Assembly: GCA_030704615.1 (NCBI GenBank)
Contig: CM060733.1
Span: 10,292,001 to 10,356,000 of the forward strand
DNA: 64,000 nucleotides
Direction of reading: 5' to 3'
DNA from: Takakia lepidozioides
Taxonomy: Eukaryota; Plantae; Bryophyta
Shown here piece by piece: positions 60,101 to 64,000 of the stretch (position 1 is the stretch's first letter; every line of letters starts with the position of its first letter). A model generated the notes under the pieces. The model was given only the letters and a program-made list of their open reading frames with translations, was not told the origin of the DNA and ran no database searches. The translations under genes and the position numbers were made by a program.

Positions 60101-63100
60101 ATGAGCATGCACGTTGCAAAATGAGTGCAGACTTATTGTCATCAATCCGAGTGTACTCAGGCAGTCAATCAACTCGTGCATCCCAATTCAGGAGTCTATT
60201 TTTTGAGGAAGAGGCTTAAGTTGAAGTTGTGTTGCAGATTAGAGTCGGCACTAAGGAGTGACTCAAGGCCATTGTTACATGGAGCAGTAAGAATTGTTCA
60301 GGAGCTGGGAAAGAGCCGGGCAGCAGCAGTTGCAGTACAAGGATATACCTTGGATGACATGATCCAACCCGACGCCTCTGTTGACAACAGCATGTCAGTG
60401 TCTGATGTGATCAAGTCTGAGTCGGAGGAGTTTGCAGATGGTTCAAGTGCTGAAGGTTAGTAGTTTCCTCCATTATTTTCTTTGTTCTCATTTGTACCCC
60501 TGTTAACCTTCAGTGAAGGATTGTACTTTCTGTGGGATGGGTCTTGTCTGAATTGGTTCTCATGAGAGCCCGCTCAAGCTGGTTGAGGTAGGTCTTGACG
60601 TAGGTTCGTGATGTGTTGCAGTTTCACGGAACAAGGTGGTGCCAACAGGTGGCAAGGAGTCAATCGCCACTATGCTGTTGGGACTGATGGAAGCTGTCCG
60701 CACAACAGTAGCGTGTGAGTGTGTATATGTGCGAGCTGCTGCCATCAAAGCTCTGATATGGATGCAAAGTCCCTATGCCTCAGTAGATGAACTGAAGGCC
60801 ATTATTTCTGGCGAGCTGACTGATCCTTCATGGCCTGCCTCGCTACTCAATGACATTATGCTGACATTACATGCTCGCTTTAAGGTTTGTTGACCTTCTT
60901 TAGCAATGCACTCCTGAATCTGGTTTCTGCCGAGCCGCTGCTCTATTCAATTTTCTAGTGCCAGCTGATGACTGGTAGTTATGTAGGACTGCTCGTGATT
61001 GGAGTACAAGCAGTCATTGAAGAAATAGACCAAGATGAATTGATTTATGAAATCACCAAGCCTTGATAGATGAAAGGCTATTGCTGCTTCCATGCCCGTG
61101 ATGCTGGATGAAACAGCCTCGCCATGACCATGATCCTCAGTCTTATATGTTAGTTATATGTTTAATAGTGAAACTGGTTGATGATTGAGTGCAGGCCACC
61201 CCCGATATGGCAGTAATGTTACTGGACATTTCCAGGCTATTTGCAACAAAAGTTCCTGGGAAAATTGACTCTGATGTGTTACAACTCCTCTGGAAGGTAG
61301 ACATGCCATTGAGATTGATTGCAAGAGATAGGTATACGCGTAGTGTCACTCTTCCTCATTTATGTTAAAGAAAACCAATAGAGAGCCCTATGTCTCCTCA
61401 ACGCTTACCTTGATTTTCAGATGTAATTGATTGTGTGCATATCAGTTTTCGGATTGTTGTTGTAGATGGCCTACTGTTGGTTATAACGGTACGAGTCTAC
61501 TTTGTTGGGTGAGCTTCTAATACAGGCTGTATGTGCCTGATGCAGACTTGTCTAGTAGGGTCAGGACCAGATGGGAAGCACACATCTTTAGAGGCAGTAA
61601 CGGTGGTTCTTGACCTGCCCCCCCCACCACCAGTATCAATGTCTGCATCCAAATTGATGGAACGTGTTGATCCCAAGTCTGCAATTGCACTACAGCGGTT
61701 GGTTCAAGCTGCGGTACATCTCTAAATATAACTCTCATTGTGTATAGGCAGAACTTTTGTTTTAGCACTTTGTCAAGGGAGTTTTCTTCTGTGTATCATG
61801 AGTATATTGCCTGCATAGGCCACAAATAGCTGATGAAGGAAGTGAGCAGGTGTGGTTTCTGGGAGAAAATGCCAACTATGCAGCAGCAGAGTATGCTTGG
61901 GAGTCAGCCACACCCCCTGGCACTGCTCTCATGATGCTGGATGGTGACAAAATGGTTACTGCAGCCAGCTCTAGGAATCCCACACTTGCAGGAGCAGTCA
62001 CCCGTCTTCAACGATGTGCTATCAGTGGGAGCTGGGAGGTATGTTGAGCATTGCAGGCACTGAAACCATTCTGCAGTAGTCGTAATCCATTTAAATATTG
62101 GTGTTTTTGGTGAGGGTCCTTTCTTCCATTCTTCGAAGACATCTGACATTTCCTTAAGTTTGCAGAGGCTGGTAGTTCATAGATGCCTGCTCTAGTGAGC
62201 TGTATCTGTTGAAGTTTAGGATGCCAATTTCCTGAGGTAAGAACTGTGCTACTGCTCACAGCTGCGAGTCAGTATGTGCTTTTGCAGAGAGAAAAGAAAG
62301 TGGTGGCAAAAGTCTTTGAAAAATGTCTTCACAGGAATATTGATCAGGTCCTTGGTCCACATTACAGGTACGGATTATTGCAGCACAGGCACTTGTGACA
62401 GTGGCCATCAGGTCTGGTGAGCCCTATAGGCTTCAAATATATGAGTTTCTGCACACCCTAGCACAGGGACAGGCAAGACAGAAAGTGATTGATGCAGCTG
62501 CTAGTAATGGGGAGGACCAAGGTGCTAGTGGGACAGGTCTTAGCTCCATCATTGCACCCATGTTGAAGGTGTTGGATGAGATGTACAAGGGTCAAGATCA
62601 GTTGATCAAGTATGTGCTCAACTTCCCTACCTGTCATATTTACTGCCTGCCAGAGAATTTTCATTTACTGACTATGGTGACTTTTCATCAATGTTCTGCA
62701 ATGCCTTCTGCCTTTTAGCCGACTATATTATGTGTTTAATAGTATGAGTAGTTCATTGATTACCCTTTCCTTATTTTAGATCACGGCTTGCACACAGCTT
62801 GTTGCATGTGAGGCTGGGCTTGGTTCTGAGCTAGGAGTTGAAGGTTGCAGGGATATGAGACAGCATGATAATAGCAAGCAGGAGTGGACTGATGATGACC
62901 TGCGGGTGCTGTATGAAACTCACGAGAGACTTCTTGACCTTGTGTCACTCTTTTGTTTTGTACCTCGTTCCAAGTATCTGCCTCTTGGACCAACGAGGTA
63001 ATTACTCAATGGGTCTGGCTTGTTCTGTGCCCTACTAATTTGCAAGGAGGGAGATTCTTTTTGTGGTGTAGAAGCCTATCATTTTCAGAGATGATTTATG

Positions 63101-64000
63101 TTTTTAGAAAAGGGGGACTGTCTCTCTTCAACATCGCACAAACCTCCCAACTTGTCATGCTTTGACTTTTCATTTTCTCCTCCACATCAAAACAATGTAA
63201 CCGATTCATGGTTTGTCTTGTCCCTTCAAGGTGGAGAATTTTGGGTTAGTTATTATTGCTGAGCTGATTCTAGTTGTTGTGGTTGAATGTTTGAAGCTCA
63301 CAACGCACTGCCAATATCATCCACCTAAGTTATGACCTCATTTGAAATTTGCTCAGTTTGGTGTTTGTGGAGTAGTTGGGTTCCCATGGTGGGTTGGCAG
63401 TGATGTATGATTGGTCATTGCAGTGCAAAGCTGGTGGGCATGTACTGCAACAAACACCACATTGATGCTGCAACTGGCTTCAATGACCCTGCAGTAGCCA
63501 CTGGCATAGCAGACCTGCTGGACTTCCCAGGTGGACGCATTGAGTATCCTCCTGTTCACATTGAGACTGCAGAGCCCACTCTCGCCTCTGAGAATCTCTG
63601 GGCTGCCAATCAACCTGCCATGGATTTGGTGAGACTGTTGTCTTCTGGACATGGGGATACCACTACGTAAACCAATGTTCATTCTCCACCATTGTGACTT
63701 AGGGTGTGTTTTGCGGTTCCTCTTCAATTATTACAGCTCTGGTGGGTGAGCCAGTGATTTGGTATCGTTGTTTTGAGAGCATTTTTGCATGCTACGAAAT
63801 TAATGGGTAAATAGTTCCAAAAAATGTGTGCAGGTGAACGATTTTCTTGGGGGAGCTGGAACTGATGCTCCAGAAGAGGAGGATGAGCCTGTGACCTCTC
63901 AGGTCCCCGTGAGTTATGATGACATGTGGGCCAAGACCCTCCTTGAAACCTCAGATGGGGATGTAAGTTGCTACACAGCAGAGCATTGTTCTCTTTGCTT
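54130..64000 (+). CDS. TASH3: TPLATE-complex subunit TASH3 (TSET large subunit); multi-exon, continues past the right edge
   Basis: SLMDLMTSDP; VSYSQLAR; SQKQLVHQVFPKLAVYSSVDPSLAPSLL; EDRHVLRYVYYFLAR; GGGIPTPNWDALAD; LQYAALSMLRRLPLD; RRPQPLIKLVMRRLE; TTVACECVYVRA; WFLGENANYAAAEYAWESATPPGTALMMLD; SYDDMWAKTLLE. Confidence 0.95.
59400..59550 (-). mobile_element. Decayed non-LTR retrotransposon fragment in a TASH3 intron
   Basis: ATYGCEYW...LEPLQSAFL resembles the post-RT YGCExW...Q..FL motif of LINEs. Confidence 0.4.

Overview
Intron-rich nuclear DNA from a land plant, probably a non-seed plant (inference). Host genes: ALKBH1 (partial), a small putative thylakoid-lumen protein, the SNARE NPSN, an amino-acid transporter, mitochondrial ribosomal bL35 and TASH3 (partial). 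The main accessory block is a nested transposon complex at about 7.3-28.4 kb. An 11.6-kb Mutator-like element (11959-23591; perfect 9-bp TSD TCCTTGGAA, imperfect TIRs) sits inside the coding sequence of a Sola-like (DUF7869-type) transposase, and removing it rejoins that reading frame. The Mutator-like element carries an uninterrupted GCM-like/MULE-DDE/SWIM transposase. Divergent from it is a spliced but frame-disrupted gene encoding a ParB-like domain fused to a prokaryote-type beta-class (N4/N6) DNA methyltransferase fold. Two introns of that gene hold about 12 copies of a 22-bp palindrome (TGAATGTCGT-CA-ACGACATTCA), a candidate parS-like binding site. This is the best candidate for an undescribed system. 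Also present: (TC)n-targeting LINE 3' ends stacked at one site, a decayed Copia with a foldback, a CACTA element inserted in the Copia primer-binding site, and DYW, RING-H2 and F-box pseudogene fragments. All family assignments come from motif recognition by eye; no searches were run.
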